Part shown: in pieces, positions 25,979 through 35,895 of the stretch | Layout: the number at the start of each line of letters is the position of its first letter | How positions within the stretch are numbered: the stretch's first letter is position 1 | Virus record (IMG/VR): IMGVR_UViG_3300043403_000051 | Span: 19,055-83,054 of that record | Strand: one strand, 5' to 3' | Source: a virus | DNA: 64,000 bases | Notes under the pieces: generated by a model | Told to the model about the DNA's origin: nothing | The model's input: only the letters and a program-made list of their open reading frames with translations | Databases searched by the model: none | Made by a program: the position numbers and the translations under genes

Positions 25979-26636
25979 ATACATAATATATAGTATCTTA
26001 GTACTATTTTTACTAAATATAGTAAATAAGTGCAATAAAGAGAAATATACAGAACTTGAAGATAAATATAAACTTACACAAATTGATAAACAAAAACTTG
26101 ATTCTATTGTAAACAAACAAGGAGAAGTTATAAAAACTCAAGAAGTTACTATTTTAAGAGATAAGGAATCATTAAAAGAATACACGGATACAATCTTCAA
26201 TCTTAAAAACAAACAGGAAAGAAAGATTAAGGAAGTAATTGCATATTATAATAATAAAACAAGAGTGCAATTAGATAGCTTCTTTGTATATGAAGTGGAT
26301 AGTATTCCATATCCATATGTTATTACAGAGCAATATATTAGTGATTCTATGATAAATGTACCTCGTACATATAGAGTAGATTCTCCTTATTTTAAGTTTG
26401 ATGCTACAGTATTAAAGAAAGGAATGGTAATTAATTCATTAATTCTTCCTGATACAACATATGGAAGATTTATAGAATTAAAGCATGGAAAAATACAATA
26501 TCAAATATTCAATAAAAATCCGTATATTAAGATTGAGAACAGTAATTCAGCAATATACAAACCTAAAAAGAAAAGGCTAAAGTGGTTAATTCCATTGGGA
26601 ATTGGAATTGCAACAGGTATAATAATAGCAAAATGA
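25965..26636 (+). CDS. Spanin-like membrane protein
   Basis: Signal-like N terminus ending in Cys, coiled coil, C-terminal hydrophobic helix; likely start ATG 25965. Confidence 0.5.
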   Translation: MKKYKYIIYSILVLFLLNIVNKCNKEKYTELEDKYKLTQIDKQKLDSIVNKQGEVIKTQEVTILRDKESLKEYTDTIFNLKNKQERKIKEVIAYYNNKTRVQLDSFFVYEVDSIPYPYVITEQYISDSMINVPRTYRVDSPYFKFDATVLKKGMVINSLILPDTTYGRFIELKHGKIQYQIFNKNPYIKIENSNSAIYKPKKKRLKWLIPLGIGIATGIIIAK

Positions 26637-26968
26637 GAGCAGCTAATATAACAGTTGACATATACGAATGCTCTGTAGAATTACATATATTTAATACAGA
26701 AAATGAAATTAAAGATTTTGCTATATCCTTATGTAAAAAATATAAATTGGATTCATCTATTATAGTGGATGCCAGTGGATGGACTATAAAAGGTTTAAAT
26801 AAATATTTTATACTTTTGCATAATTACCAAATATGTAATACTTTCTTTCATGAATTATTTCATACAACAAATAGAATATGTAATGATAGAGGTATTCATA
26901 ATGAAGAAGCAAAATGTTGGCTACATGGATATCTTGGTGAAAAATTAATAAAATTTATTAACACATGA
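26633..26968 (+). CDS. Small zincin-like protein
   Basis: FFHELFH plus NEEAKCWL; ATGA-coupled start at 26633. Confidence 0.55.
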   Translation: MRAANITVDIYECSVELHIFNTENEIKDFAISLCKKYKLDSSIIVDASGWTIKGLNKYFILLHNYQICNTFFHELFHTTNRICNDRGIHNEEAKCWLHGYLGEKLIKFINT

Positions 26969-27891
26969 ATTTAACATATATCAATCAAGTATTAAATAAA
27001 ATACTTTGTGACATAAAAGATTTACAAGTAATCAAAAAACTTCGTATCTTATCGGAAGGGATTATTATTGAAGAGGATACTAAATCTATTAATTTTACAG
27101 GTAATGTAGAGGTATCTACTGATATAAGTGGGAACACTACTGTGAATATTCCACCTAATGATTTTGATGCAAATAGAGTTATCACAAGAGATGTAATAGG
27201 ACTCTTAGGAGAAAATCTTGGTACACAAGGAGTTATTGATACATTAGAACAATTATTATATCCTTACTTGGCCCCAAGTATAGTTTTATCAGCACCTTCT
27301 AATAGCGTATTCGAAAAAACAACAGGGTCAACAAATATTACAATAACAGGAACATCAACAAAAAATAGTTTAAATATTACTGAATTTTTATTCTTGTTAA
27401 ATGATATAGAAATTAGTGATGTTGCTCCTGTTGATATAGGTGGAGAAACTGCTTCATATATTCATTCTACACCTAATACAGATAATACTTCAACAACACC
27501 AATATTACAAACCTTTAGTACAAGTGTATCAGATGGGACTACTACAATAGAATCAAACACAAGAATAAGAACATTAGTATATCCTTATTATCGTGGAGTA
27601 GGAACAGCAGCATTAAATGAAGCTGGTATAAAAGGATTAACAAAACTTGTTCAGACAAGTGGAGATAAAACTGCTACTTTCTCACCTTCAAATCAAAAGA
27701 TATACTTTGCATATCCATCTACATATGGAGCATTAACGCAAATAGATGATGGAGCATTCAATGTTACATCAGCATTCAGTTTAACTACTCCTACATTTAC
27801 AATGTTAGATGGACAAAGTGTACAATATAATGTATATGAATCAAACAATCTACTTACTGTAAGTGGATATATATTAAACTTTATTTTATAA
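26965..27891 (+). CDS. Virion fibre-associated protein
   Basis: LEQLLYPY..P, YPYYRG and IYFAYPSTYG motifs; Thr-rich beta structure. Confidence 0.55.
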   Translation: MNLTYINQVLNKILCDIKDLQVIKKLRILSEGIIIEEDTKSINFTGNVEVSTDISGNTTVNIPPNDFDANRVITRDVIGLLGENLGTQGVIDTLEQLLYPYLAPSIVLSAPSNSVFEKTTGSTNITITGTSTKNSLNITEFLFLLNDIEISDVAPVDIGGETASYIHSTPNTDNTSTTPILQTFSTSVSDGTTTIESNTRIRTLVYPYYRGVGTAALNEAGIKGLTKLVQTSGDKTATFSPSNQKIYFAYPSTYGALTQIDDGAFNVTSAFSLTTPTFTMLDGQSVQYNVYESNNLLTVSGYILNFIL

Positions 27892-30641
27892 TGGCAATAC
27901 CAATAATAGATAGTCTTGAAGTAGTTACTAATAAACCCATAGAAACAAAAATGCAAGTTGCTACACTTGCAGAAAGAGATGCTATTCCATTAAATGAAAG
28001 ATGGGAAGGCATGTCAACTTATGTTTTGGAAGATTCTACTACTTATACATTAGTAAGTGGAATTACAAATGGAAACTGGGCTACACAAGGAGGTGGAAAT
28101 GCTTCTCTATGGTCTACTTTTCCAGCAATACAAGATGTTGATATAAATGATGAAGACATAAATAATATCAATAATGCTACTATAAAAGGTAGTTTATATA
28201 TTGGTAGATATGGGGAAGGTGACCCTGCCAATATAACATTTGACAGAGCAGATACCAAAATATATGTTGGTATGGGATTCCATATTCGTAGTGGAGAAGG
28301 AGTTGTATTAGAAGCACCTGATTTAACTGACCCTGAAGCTCCACTTGAAAGAGGTTTAATTTTTGGTACAGATGCTATAATGGGTGTTTATAATGATAGT
28401 GGTTTATTAGGAACAATTGATTTAGGAGGAGATGGTGGTTCAGTATTGCTTAAATCAGGTGGTACAATGGATTTAAATGCTGCCATAGCATTTAATAATG
28501 GTAGTAGTATTCATCAAGGAACTACAGATGCAGGATATGGTGGTAATGGAGGTATTGAATTAGAATGTAGTGTAGGATATAAGTTGAAATGGGATGCAGG
28601 TAGATTATTTACTATGCAACAAGATGGTTTTACTATACGAGAAGTTGCACACCAAGCTATAGCACCTACTTCAACAGATGATGATACAAAAGGATATGTA
28701 GTAGGTTCAAGATGGATAACTGATGCAGGGGAAACTTATAATTGTATAGATGCTACTACAAGTGCAGCAGTTTGGGAACTTTTTATTCTAAGCTTATCAG
28801 GATGGGATTTAAATGGTAATAATGGAACAGACCCCGATATTAATAGTGCAGGTACTAATGATAATGTAGGATTTAGTATAAAAACAAATGATATCGAAAG
28901 AATATATATTTCCGAAGGTGGTAAAGTTGGAATTGGTAATAGGAATAATACTTTTAATTTAGATGTTGGTGAAGTAGTTAGTGAAGATACTATTGAAGTA
29001 GTTACTGATATTGCTGCTCCTTATTTTGAAGCATATATAGCACCACTTGACGATGCAACTATAGATTTTAGTACACACACTTTTACACCAGATTCATATA
29101 TAAACTATGATTTTAATATTTCCTCTCTTTCACCAGATACAATTAATTGGACAGATTATACTAATTCTGGTTCATTTATCATTACCCCAAATGTTCCTCA
29201 ATTATTAAGTAATGGAGTTAAAGTAACTTTTGCTAACGATACTGGTCATGGCGGTGATGAATATTGGTCATTTGGTATTTCTATTTATAATAATACTATT
29301 ACCACAACAACTCGTGTTAATGGTGTAATAAATGCTACTAATGAGTATAGAATAAATGGTGATTTTTTTGCAACTCAAAAGAATAATTCTCTTTTTATTA
29401 ATAATGAAAATGGAGCTTTATCAAATAATACTACCTATTCAAATTTCATTGGAATAAATGCAGGGAATCTTGCAACAGCAGCAAGTAGTTCTAATTTTAT
29501 TGGTACAGATAGCGGAAATGGTGCAACTAATGCAAATAATTCAAACTTTATAGGAAAAAATACTGGTGTAAGTGCAACTAATGCATATAATTCAGTTTTT
29601 ATAGGCTCTGATGCAGGAAATGGAGCAACTAATGCAGACCATTCACATTTTATTGGAGGAGGTGCAGGTTATTTAGCAACAGGTGCAAATGATTCACAAT
29701 TTATTGGACATCAGACAGGAGCCTATTCAACTAATGCTCACCAATCTCAATTTATAGGAAATGGAGCAGGTGGTGCTGCAACAGAAGCAAATAGTTCAGT
29801 TTTTATTGGTACAGATAGCGGAAATGGTGCAACTAATGCAAGTAATTCAGTTTTTATTGGGGCTGTTTCAGGAACATACGCTACTAATGCTTCATATTCA
29901 AACTTTATAGGTGCATATGCAGCATACGGATTAGATGGATTTGGTAATCAATCAACTAATGCTCATCATTCTAATTTCTTTGGATATTGGTCAGGTGGTT
30001 CTGCAATAGAAGCAAACAACTCTAATTTCTTTGGAAGCCAAACAGGGAATCGAGCAACAAATGCTTCATTTTCAAATTTTATTGGTTCAAGTGCAGGAGA
30101 ATACGCTACTAATGCTAATAACTCAAACTTTATAGGGGCTGGAGTTACTGGAATATATGGAACTGGTTATTTAGCAGTTAATGCAAGTTATTCAAACTTT
30201 ATTGGTTATTCGGCAGGACAAGGAGCGACTAATGCAAGCTATTCAAATCTTATTGGATATAAGGCAGGTATATATAATTATACTAATGCTCATACTATTG
30301 GTTCTAATAATATAATTATTGGTACAAATATTTCCCTTCCTAACACAAGAGCAAATGGTATTAATATTGGAAGTATTATTTTTGGAATAAATACTTATGC
30401 AACTACAACAGGTGACCCTTCAATAGCAGGTACAGCTACAGGTCGTATAGGAATAGGAACTGTAACTCCAACAGCAGTATTAGATTTAAGAGCAAGTACA
30501 ACAGCAGATGCAGCATTAAGATTAAGAGTAGGTTCTGCTCCAACAAGTCCTAATGATGGTGATATTTGGCTAGAATCAAATACAAATACAGGATTAAAAA
30601 TAAGAATTAATGGTGTAACAAAAACAATAACATTAATATAA
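27891..30641 (+). CDS. Tail fibre/adhesin with a long array of 14-aa repeats
   Basis: About 19 S(N/V/Q)FIG..AG..ATNA repeats at about 29430-30270; C-terminal APTSPNDGDIW. Confidence 0.8.
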   Translation: MAIPIIDSLEVVTNKPIETKMQVATLAERDAIPLNERWEGMSTYVLEDSTTYTLVSGITNGNWATQGGGNASLWSTFPAIQDVDINDEDINNINNATIKGSLYIGRYGEGDPANITFDRADTKIYVGMGFHIRSGEGVVLEAPDLTDPEAPLERGLIFGTDAIMGVYNDSGLLGTIDLGGDGGSVLLKSGGTMDLNAAIAFNNGSSIHQGTTDAGYGGNGGIELECSVGYKLKWDAGRLFTMQQDGFTIREVAHQAIAPTSTDDDTKGYVVGSRWITDAGETYNCIDATTSAAVWELFILSLSGWDLNGNNGTDPDINSAGTNDNVGFSIKTNDIERIYISEGGKVGIGNRNNTFNLDVGEVVSEDTIEVVTDIAAPYFEAYIAPLDDATIDFSTHTFTPDSYINYDFNISSLSPDTINWTDYTNSGSFIITPNVPQLLSNGVKVTFANDTGHGGDEYWSFGISIYNNTITTTTRVNGVINATNEYRINGDFFATQKNNSLFINNENGALSNNTTYSNFIGINAGNLATAASSSNFIGTDSGNGATNANNSNFIGKNTGVSATNAYNSVFIGSDAGNGATNADHSHFIGGGAGYLATGANDSQFIGHQTGAYSTNAHQSQFIGNGAGGAATEANSSVFIGTDSGNGATNASNSVFIGAVSGTYATNASYSNFIGAYAAYGLDGFGNQSTNAHHSNFFGYWSGGSAIEANNSNFFGSQTGNRATNASFSNFIGSSAGEYATNANNSNFIGAGVTGIYGTGYLAVNASYSNFIGYSAGQGATNASYSNLIGYKAGIYNYTNAHTIGSNNIIIGTNISLPNTRANGINIGSIIFGINTYATTTGDPSIAGTATGRIGIGTVTPTAVLDLRASTTADAALRLRVGSAPTSPNDGDIWLESNTNTGLKIRINGVTKTITLI

Positions 30642-30677
30642 AACTTCAACAGGAGTATTAATGATAAAATATTAATT

Positions 30678-31262
30678 ATGAATTTACTTAACTTACCAGT
30701 ACCACTTAGTATAAAAGAGGAATTACCCTTTGTAATGAAAACATTTGGTATTAACACAGAATTAAGATTAGCTCATTTTTTAGCACAATGCGCACATGAA
30801 TCAGGCAACTTTAGAATGTTTACAGAAAATCTAAATTACTCTGAACAAGGCTTATTAAATATTTTTAAAAAGTATTTTACACCTGCACAGGCTAAACAAT
30901 ACGCTCGTAAACCTGTAGCAATAGGTAGTAGAGTATATGCTAATAGAATGGGTAATGGAAACGAAGAAAGTAAAGATGGATTTAATTATAGAGGTAGGGG
31001 ATGTATTCAACTAACAGGTAAATCTAATTATGCTGCTTTCAGTAAGTTTGTTCCTGATAATGTAGTAATAAGTCCTGATTTAGTATCAACTAAATACCCA
31101 CTTAGTTCAGCAGGTTGGTTTTGGAGTATTAACAATATTAATGCTCTTGCTGATAAAGATGATATAATTTCAGTTACAAAAAGAATTAATGGTGGAACAA
31201 ATGGAATAGAAGACAGAAAAAAATATTTAGCAATTTATAAAAAACATTTTAATATAAACTAA
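30678..31262 (+). CDS. Endolysin, glycoside hydrolase family 19
   Basis: AHFLAQCAHESG, YRGRGCIQLTGKSNY, SAGWFW, TKRINGG motifs. Confidence 0.93.
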   Translation: MNLLNLPVPLSIKEELPFVMKTFGINTELRLAHFLAQCAHESGNFRMFTENLNYSEQGLLNIFKKYFTPAQAKQYARKPVAIGSRVYANRMGNGNEESKDGFNYRGRGCIQLTGKSNYAAFSKFVPDNVVISPDLVSTKYPLSSAGWFWSINNINALADKDDIISVTKRINGGTNGIEDRKKYLAIYKKHFNIN

Positions 31263-31300
31263 AGCTTGTCCTATTGGCTTACAAATAGGTCATTAAAATT

Positions 31301-31852
31301 ATGAGAGATACAGTAATTCAAAAACACTTAGTAGAAACCGCAGAGGTAGATACTAAAAAATCAGCAAAATTTAACCTTACTAAATGGTTACGTGATTCTT
31401 TTAATAAAAGATTGAATGTTCCTTTTTATGATAAGTGTTGTCCCACATCAAGTCTCAGCCTACCAGTAAAAGCTGTTGTTGCAGACAATGTAGCCACATT
31501 AAAGTATTTTGATTCAACCACAGAAGATTGGGAAGAAGTTTCACCAGTTGTGGCAGCAGTTACAGCTACACAAATAACTTCTAAAACTACAGCCGTAGTA
31601 GCAAATGGTGTTAAAGGAGTAATTACAACAGTTGCTCTTACTGACGCATTAGACACCGCATTTACATTTACACTTACTAATAGTAAAATTGTTAGTACTT
31701 CTGTGATACAACTTACCGCATTAAACAGTGGTAATGGTATTGCGCATGTATCTATTGTATCAATAGCAACAGGTAGTGCAGTAATTAGGGTTAGTAATGT
31801 TGGAGTAGCTGCATTTAATAGTTTGTTAAAAATACACTTTAATATTACTTAA
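31301..31852 (+). CDS. Putative virion decoration protein
   Basis: Thr/Val/Ala-rich beta C-terminal domain TQITSKTTAV...GVITT. Confidence 0.45.
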   Translation: MRDTVIQKHLVETAEVDTKKSAKFNLTKWLRDSFNKRLNVPFYDKCCPTSSLSLPVKAVVADNVATLKYFDSTTEDWEEVSPVVAAVTATQITSKTTAVVANGVKGVITTVALTDALDTAFTFTLTNSKIVSTSVIQLTALNSGNGIAHVSIVSIATGSAVIRVSNVGVAAFNSLLKIHFNIT

Positions 31853-31970
31853 TTTATTTTGTAGCCATATATAAAAAAGAGGTTATTATATTTGATACAT
31901 TATTTAGTATACTATAGTATGTAAATCACAGATTAATAATTTATTTTTATATCAGGCTACTAAATAATTT
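31851..31970. repeat. Long imperfect inverted repeat (about 120 nt hairpin)
   Basis: TTATTT-GTAGCC-ATATAAAAA pairs with TTTTTATAT-GGCTAC-AAATAA; further inner pairing. Confidence 0.7.
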
Positions 31971-32036
31971 GTCGAGCTTATTAATTTGTTGGTTACTATT
32001 TTAGTAGTTATATTTTGTATAGCTTCCTTTGGAACT

Positions 32037-32068
32037 CAAAGTTACGATTTTTTTCGCACATTTCCAAA
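32037..32068 (-). promoter_or_regulatory. Minus-strand Bacteroidota-type promoter with no obvious CDS
   Basis: Reverse complement reads TTTG, 20 nt, TAACTTTG. Confidence 0.65.
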
Positions 32069-32131
32069 TTTATAAACTATACTTAATGTTAAGATTATCT
32101 TAAAACAAGAAATTTGTTGGTTGTTCTATAT

Positions 32132-32168
32132 AAACCTTACTATTCTTAGTAGGGTTTTTATTTTTTTT
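32132..32168 (+). terminator. Intrinsic terminator
   Basis: AAACCTTACTA-TTCT-TAGTAGGGTTTTT plus T run. Confidence 0.75.
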
Positions 32169-32180
32169 AACAAAAAAAAT

Positions 32181-32211
32181 TTCGCCATATCAAATAATAG
32201 TTGTATCTTTG
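32181..32211 (+). promoter_or_regulatory. Bacteroidota-type promoter
   Basis: TTCG, 19 nt, TATCTTTG. Confidence 0.6.
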
Positions 32212-32243
32212 TATTCTATTATTAACAATCAAAAAAATCTGTC

Positions 32244-32411
32244 ATGAAAAAAACATCAATTAGTGCTTTTTTAAAAGCAAATCCTTCATATTTAAAGTGG
32301 GGTGCAGAAAGATTAGCTAACAAATTTAATGTTGAATTGGAAACAATTGAAAGAATTTGTAAGCGTTTACGTAATGTTAAACGTGACTATATAGCAAGTC
32401 TCTCTGCGTAA
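32244..32411 (+). CDS. Small HTH-like protein (55 aa), not in the ORF track
   Basis: MKKTSISAFLKANPSYLKWGAERLANKFNVELETIERICKRLR. Confidence 0.6.
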   Translation: MKKTSISAFLKANPSYLKWGAERLANKFNVELETIERICKRLRNVKRDYIASLSA

Positions 32412-32463
32412 GAGATTTGACTATGGGTGGGTGGGTCGGTTAATTTAAAAACTACAATAATAT

Positions 32464-33729
32464 ATGAATTCAATACAAGAAATAAAAGATTATTTAATTA
32501 GTAATCCTATTGATAGAAGTAAACAATTCTGTTATAAGGATACTGCTGAAAAGTTTGGGGTTTCTACTGAAAAGATTAGGTCTATATATAAAAGATTGAG
32601 AAAGGCTAACTTGGTAGAAACTTCAATTAATTATCATCAAGTTCTTCCAATAGACCATATTCCTTACACTTATACTACAAGTAGTACTGATAATACAATG
32701 ACTATTACTACTGGCACGGATGAAGAGGTACGGAGTCTTGAAGACCTTATCCGAGTTTGTGATATAGATGTTGAAGAGTGGATTATAAAAGGATGGGAGT
32801 GTTCAAACTCAAATGGTAGATATAGGGTATGTGCTAAACTAATTAAACGTGGTATTGATACAGACGCATATGCTCAAAAGAATGAGTTAATTAAGGAGTT
32901 ATATGCAAAATCTCCAAAAGCAGAAAAGATAGATAGAGTTAAATCTACTTCTCCAAAACTTTTGGAAATATCAATTCCTGATATTCACTTTGGTAAAATG
33001 TCACATAGGGATGAAACAGGAGAGGATTATGATTTAAAAATTGCAGAAGCAAGATTTAAAACAGCTATAGATTCTTTACTTGAAAATATTAATATTGCAA
33101 ATGTTGATAGAATTTTATTCCCAATAGGAAATGATTTAATTAACTTTGATAATAAAAATAATACAACTACACAAGGAACTCCACAAGATTCTGATTCAAG
33201 ATTTCATAAAGTTGTAAAAACTGTTAAAAGAATCTTAATTGAAACAATTGATTATCTTTCACAACTTGCACCTGTTGATATTGTAATAGTACCAGGTAAT
33301 CATGATGAAACTATAACTTTTACAATTGGAGAAATATTGGATGCTTACTATCATAACAATGATAATGTACGCATTGATAATTCTGCTAAACTTAGAAAAT
33401 ATTACTGTTACTATAATGTTGGTATACAGTTGACGCACGGTGATAAGGAAGCTCACTCAATGCTTGGTTTAATATTTGCAACAGAGAAGCCTCAAATATG
33501 GGGTTCAACAATTCACAGATATTGTCAACTTGGGCACTTCCATAAAACCAAAAAACTGAATTTTGTATCTGTGGATGAATATCCTGGATTTCAAATTCAA
33601 ATCATTCCTTCTTTATCAGGTACTGATGCATGGCATTATGGTAAAGGATACATGTCAAAGAAAACAGCAAAAGCTTTCTTATTTGACAAGAAGAACGGTC
33701 TTATTGCTGAGTTTAACCACAACATTTAA
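32464..33729 (+). CDS. Calcineurin-like metallophosphoesterase with N-terminal HTH
   Basis: DIHFG, GND, PGNHD, THGD and GHFH motifs; TAEKFGVSTEKIRS HTH. Confidence 0.85.
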   Translation: MNSIQEIKDYLISNPIDRSKQFCYKDTAEKFGVSTEKIRSIYKRLRKANLVETSINYHQVLPIDHIPYTYTTSSTDNTMTITTGTDEEVRSLEDLIRVCDIDVEEWIIKGWECSNSNGRYRVCAKLIKRGIDTDAYAQKNELIKELYAKSPKAEKIDRVKSTSPKLLEISIPDIHFGKMSHRDETGEDYDLKIAEARFKTAIDSLLENINIANVDRILFPIGNDLINFDNKNNTTTQGTPQDSDSRFHKVVKTVKRILIETIDYLSQLAPVDIVIVPGNHDETITFTIGEILDAYYHNNDNVRIDNSAKLRKYYCYYNVGIQLTHGDKEAHSMLGLIFATEKPQIWGSTIHRYCQLGHFHKTKKLNFVSVDEYPGFQIQIIPSLSGTDAWHYGKGYMSKKTAKAFLFDKKNGLIAEFNHNI

Positions 33730-33751
33730 AATTTTCATATTCGTAGTTTTT

Positions 33752-33779
33752 AAGCCCCTGTGTTTTCACAGGGGTTTTT
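33752..33779 (+). terminator. Intrinsic terminator
   Basis: AAGCCCCTGTG-TTTT-CACAGGGGTTTTT. Confidence 0.9.
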
Positions 33780-33853
33780 AATTGTAAAGAATTACTGTTT
33801 TTTATATTTTAACTTTTATGTTTATCTTTGCGTATATTTAATTAAGTTTGATT

Positions 33854-34516
33854 ATGCAAACATATAGAGAAGTGATAAGTGATATTGTATCGGAATTAAA
33901 AGCTGTAAATCTTGATGATAGATATAGCTATAGATTTCTATGCAATAAACTACAAGATGCTGCAAATCAGTTTCTAAAAATTGATTCTGAGTATAGAAAA
34001 ATATTTAAAAATAATTCATTCTTCTATAAAATAGATTGTTTCCCTCTTACCGAAATCCCTTTAATAGACTGTGGGTGTGACCTTAATTACATAGGAAAGG
34101 TAATGAAATCATGTAAACCTTTACCTGTAACATTCGAATCAACTTATGGTAATATTGTCAAAATTTTAACATTAGACTTTTCAAAAGAGTTTACAAAGAT
34201 TGAACCATTTACATATAAGGATTTTAAGAATAGAAAATATGGCCCTAAAAATTTTTATTGGATTATAGATAATTATGTTTATATCCCTGATTCTGAGATT
34301 GAGGATGTTTATGTTCTTGGAGCATTTAAATATAAAAACGATGTTGATGTACTTAATGGTGTGTCAAATGAATGTTTTTCTTTTTTAGATTCTCCTTTTA
34401 ATTTTCCTGATTACATGGTATCATTAATAAAAAATGAAACTATTAAAACTTTAGTTGCTGCAAATAAACAAATTATCGAAGACGTAAAACCTAATCTTAA
34501 TCAAAACGATAAATAA
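33854..34516 (+). CDS. Tail ring/adaptor protein (crAss-like)
   Basis: CFPL.E....C, MKS...LP and YWIIDNYVYI; preceded by a TATCTTTG -7 box at 33823-33830. Confidence 0.6.
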   Translation: MQTYREVISDIVSELKAVNLDDRYSYRFLCNKLQDAANQFLKIDSEYRKIFKNNSFFYKIDCFPLTEIPLIDCGCDLNYIGKVMKSCKPLPVTFESTYGNIVKILTLDFSKEFTKIEPFTYKDFKNRKYGPKNFYWIIDNYVYIPDSEIEDVYVLGAFKYKNDVDVLNGVSNECFSFLDSPFNFPDYMVSLIKNETIKTLVAANKQIIEDVKPNLNQNDK

Positions 34517-34519
34517 TTT

Positions 34520-35011
34520 ATGCCAGCTAAAGGAAGTAAACTAAAAATAAATAATCGAGAATCAACTATATCAAAAGAAATTTATTCTCAATATGTAGAA
34601 AAGTATGGAGACCTTGTAGATTATAAGACCTTTAAAAAAATAATACAAACTTGCAATTTAGAAATTACAAATTGTGTATTAGATGATATATCAGGGTTTA
34701 AACTTCCTTTTAATCTTGGATATATAGTTGTTACAAAGTTTAAAGGTCGTTATACAAAACCCGATTATAAAAATAGTAAAATATATAATAAGACTATTCC
34801 TTTATTGAATCTACATTCTTTTGGTTTTATTTTTAATATTAAATGGTTTAAAACAACAAATGCAAAAGGTATATATAGTAACTCTAAACTATATCCTTAT
34901 AAATTTAATTTTCATAGAGAGTTCAAAAGAGCATTAGCAAAAAAAATAAAGAGTGGGAAAGTTTATGATTCTTGGGTTGCTTCTGATTTTTACTCAAAAA
35001 ATAGATTATAA
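34520..35011 (+). CDS. IHF-like protein of the crAss-like tail module
   Basis: GFKLPFNLGYI...N.HS.G.IF.IKW...F.F.R.FKR.LA pattern; synteny. Confidence 0.7.
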   Translation: MPAKGSKLKINNRESTISKEIYSQYVEKYGDLVDYKTFKKIIQTCNLEITNCVLDDISGFKLPFNLGYIVVTKFKGRYTKPDYKNSKIYNKTIPLLNLHSFGFIFNIKWFKTTNAKGIYSNSKLYPYKFNFHREFKRALAKKIKSGKVYDSWVASDFYSKNRL

Positions 35012-35013
35012 TA

Positions 35014-35895
35014 ATGTCTGTAATTAGTGGTGAACATATTGAATTTGTTTCAGCAACACCTATATTTTCAAAAGTTAAAAGATTTTTGAAATCATACGCT
35101 GGTACAAATATGCTTGATGAGGGTGAATTTCCTACATATTTATATGAGGTTTTAAGTACAATTGGTATAAACGTAATGGATGAAAGTGAAGCTATTATCC
35201 CAATTAATAATTATAAAGGATGTTTACCCAATGATTTTGTACAATTGTATTGTGCTTATAAATGTAAGCCAACACTTTCTACAAAGGGGGAACAACAACT
35301 TCAAAACGTGAGTTCTGTATATTATGAATTATCTAAAGAGTGTTATCTTGCTGAAAAAAATTGTCAACTTAACTGTGACGCAACTGACCCTCTTTGTAAA
35401 TGGACAATGACTACATACGTTAATGAGCTACCTATAACTCATCATTTAGAAAATCCTACACTATTAAGGCTTAGTCCAAATGTAAAAGAGAAAAGCAGTA
35501 AAGACTGTTTAAATCTTTTACATTCATCTCCTTATGAAATGAGATTTTCAGGTAGAGATATACTTGTTAATTTTACAGATGATTGTGTTTACATGAAGTA
35601 TTACTCTATACCTGTAGATGAGGATAACATTCCATTAGTTCCTGATATTATACAATTACATAAAGCAATAGAGTGGTATATAATATATCAAATAAGTTTA
35701 TCTTGGTGGATGAATAATGAAGCACCTGATATACAATCAAAATGGCAAAAAGCTGAACAAGAGTATTATGATGCTTTAGGTGGCATAAGACATAATAGAA
35801 AGCTACCAAGTTTCAGCAGACTTATTAATTACATCAGAAATAAAAGGAAATACAATATGGTATCTGTATTTTCTTCATCGGATAAATTTAGATAA
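35014..35895 (+). CDS. Tail tubular/ring protein (P22 gp4-like)
   Basis: LPNDF, Y.SIPVDEDNIPLVPD and AIEWYI; synteny. Confidence 0.7.
   Translation: MSVISGEHIEFVSATPIFSKVKRFLKSYAGTNMLDEGEFPTYLYEVLSTIGINVMDESEAIIPINNYKGCLPNDFVQLYCAYKCKPTLSTKGEQQLQNVSSVYYELSKECYLAEKNCQLNCDATDPLCKWTMTTYVNELPITHHLENPTLLRLSPNVKEKSSKDCLNLLHSSPYEMRFSGRDILVNFTDDCVYMKYYSIPVDEDNIPLVPDIIQLHKAIEWYIIYQISLSWWMNNEAPDIQSKWQKAEQEYYDALGGIRHNRKLPSFSRLINYIRNKRKYNMVSVFSSSDKFR

Noticed and set aside
23640-30430. Diversity-generating retroelement or CRISPR array in the fibre repeats
   Set aside because: Repeats are in-frame coding units without unique spacers, differences are not confined to adenines, and no reverse transcriptase or cas gene is in the window.
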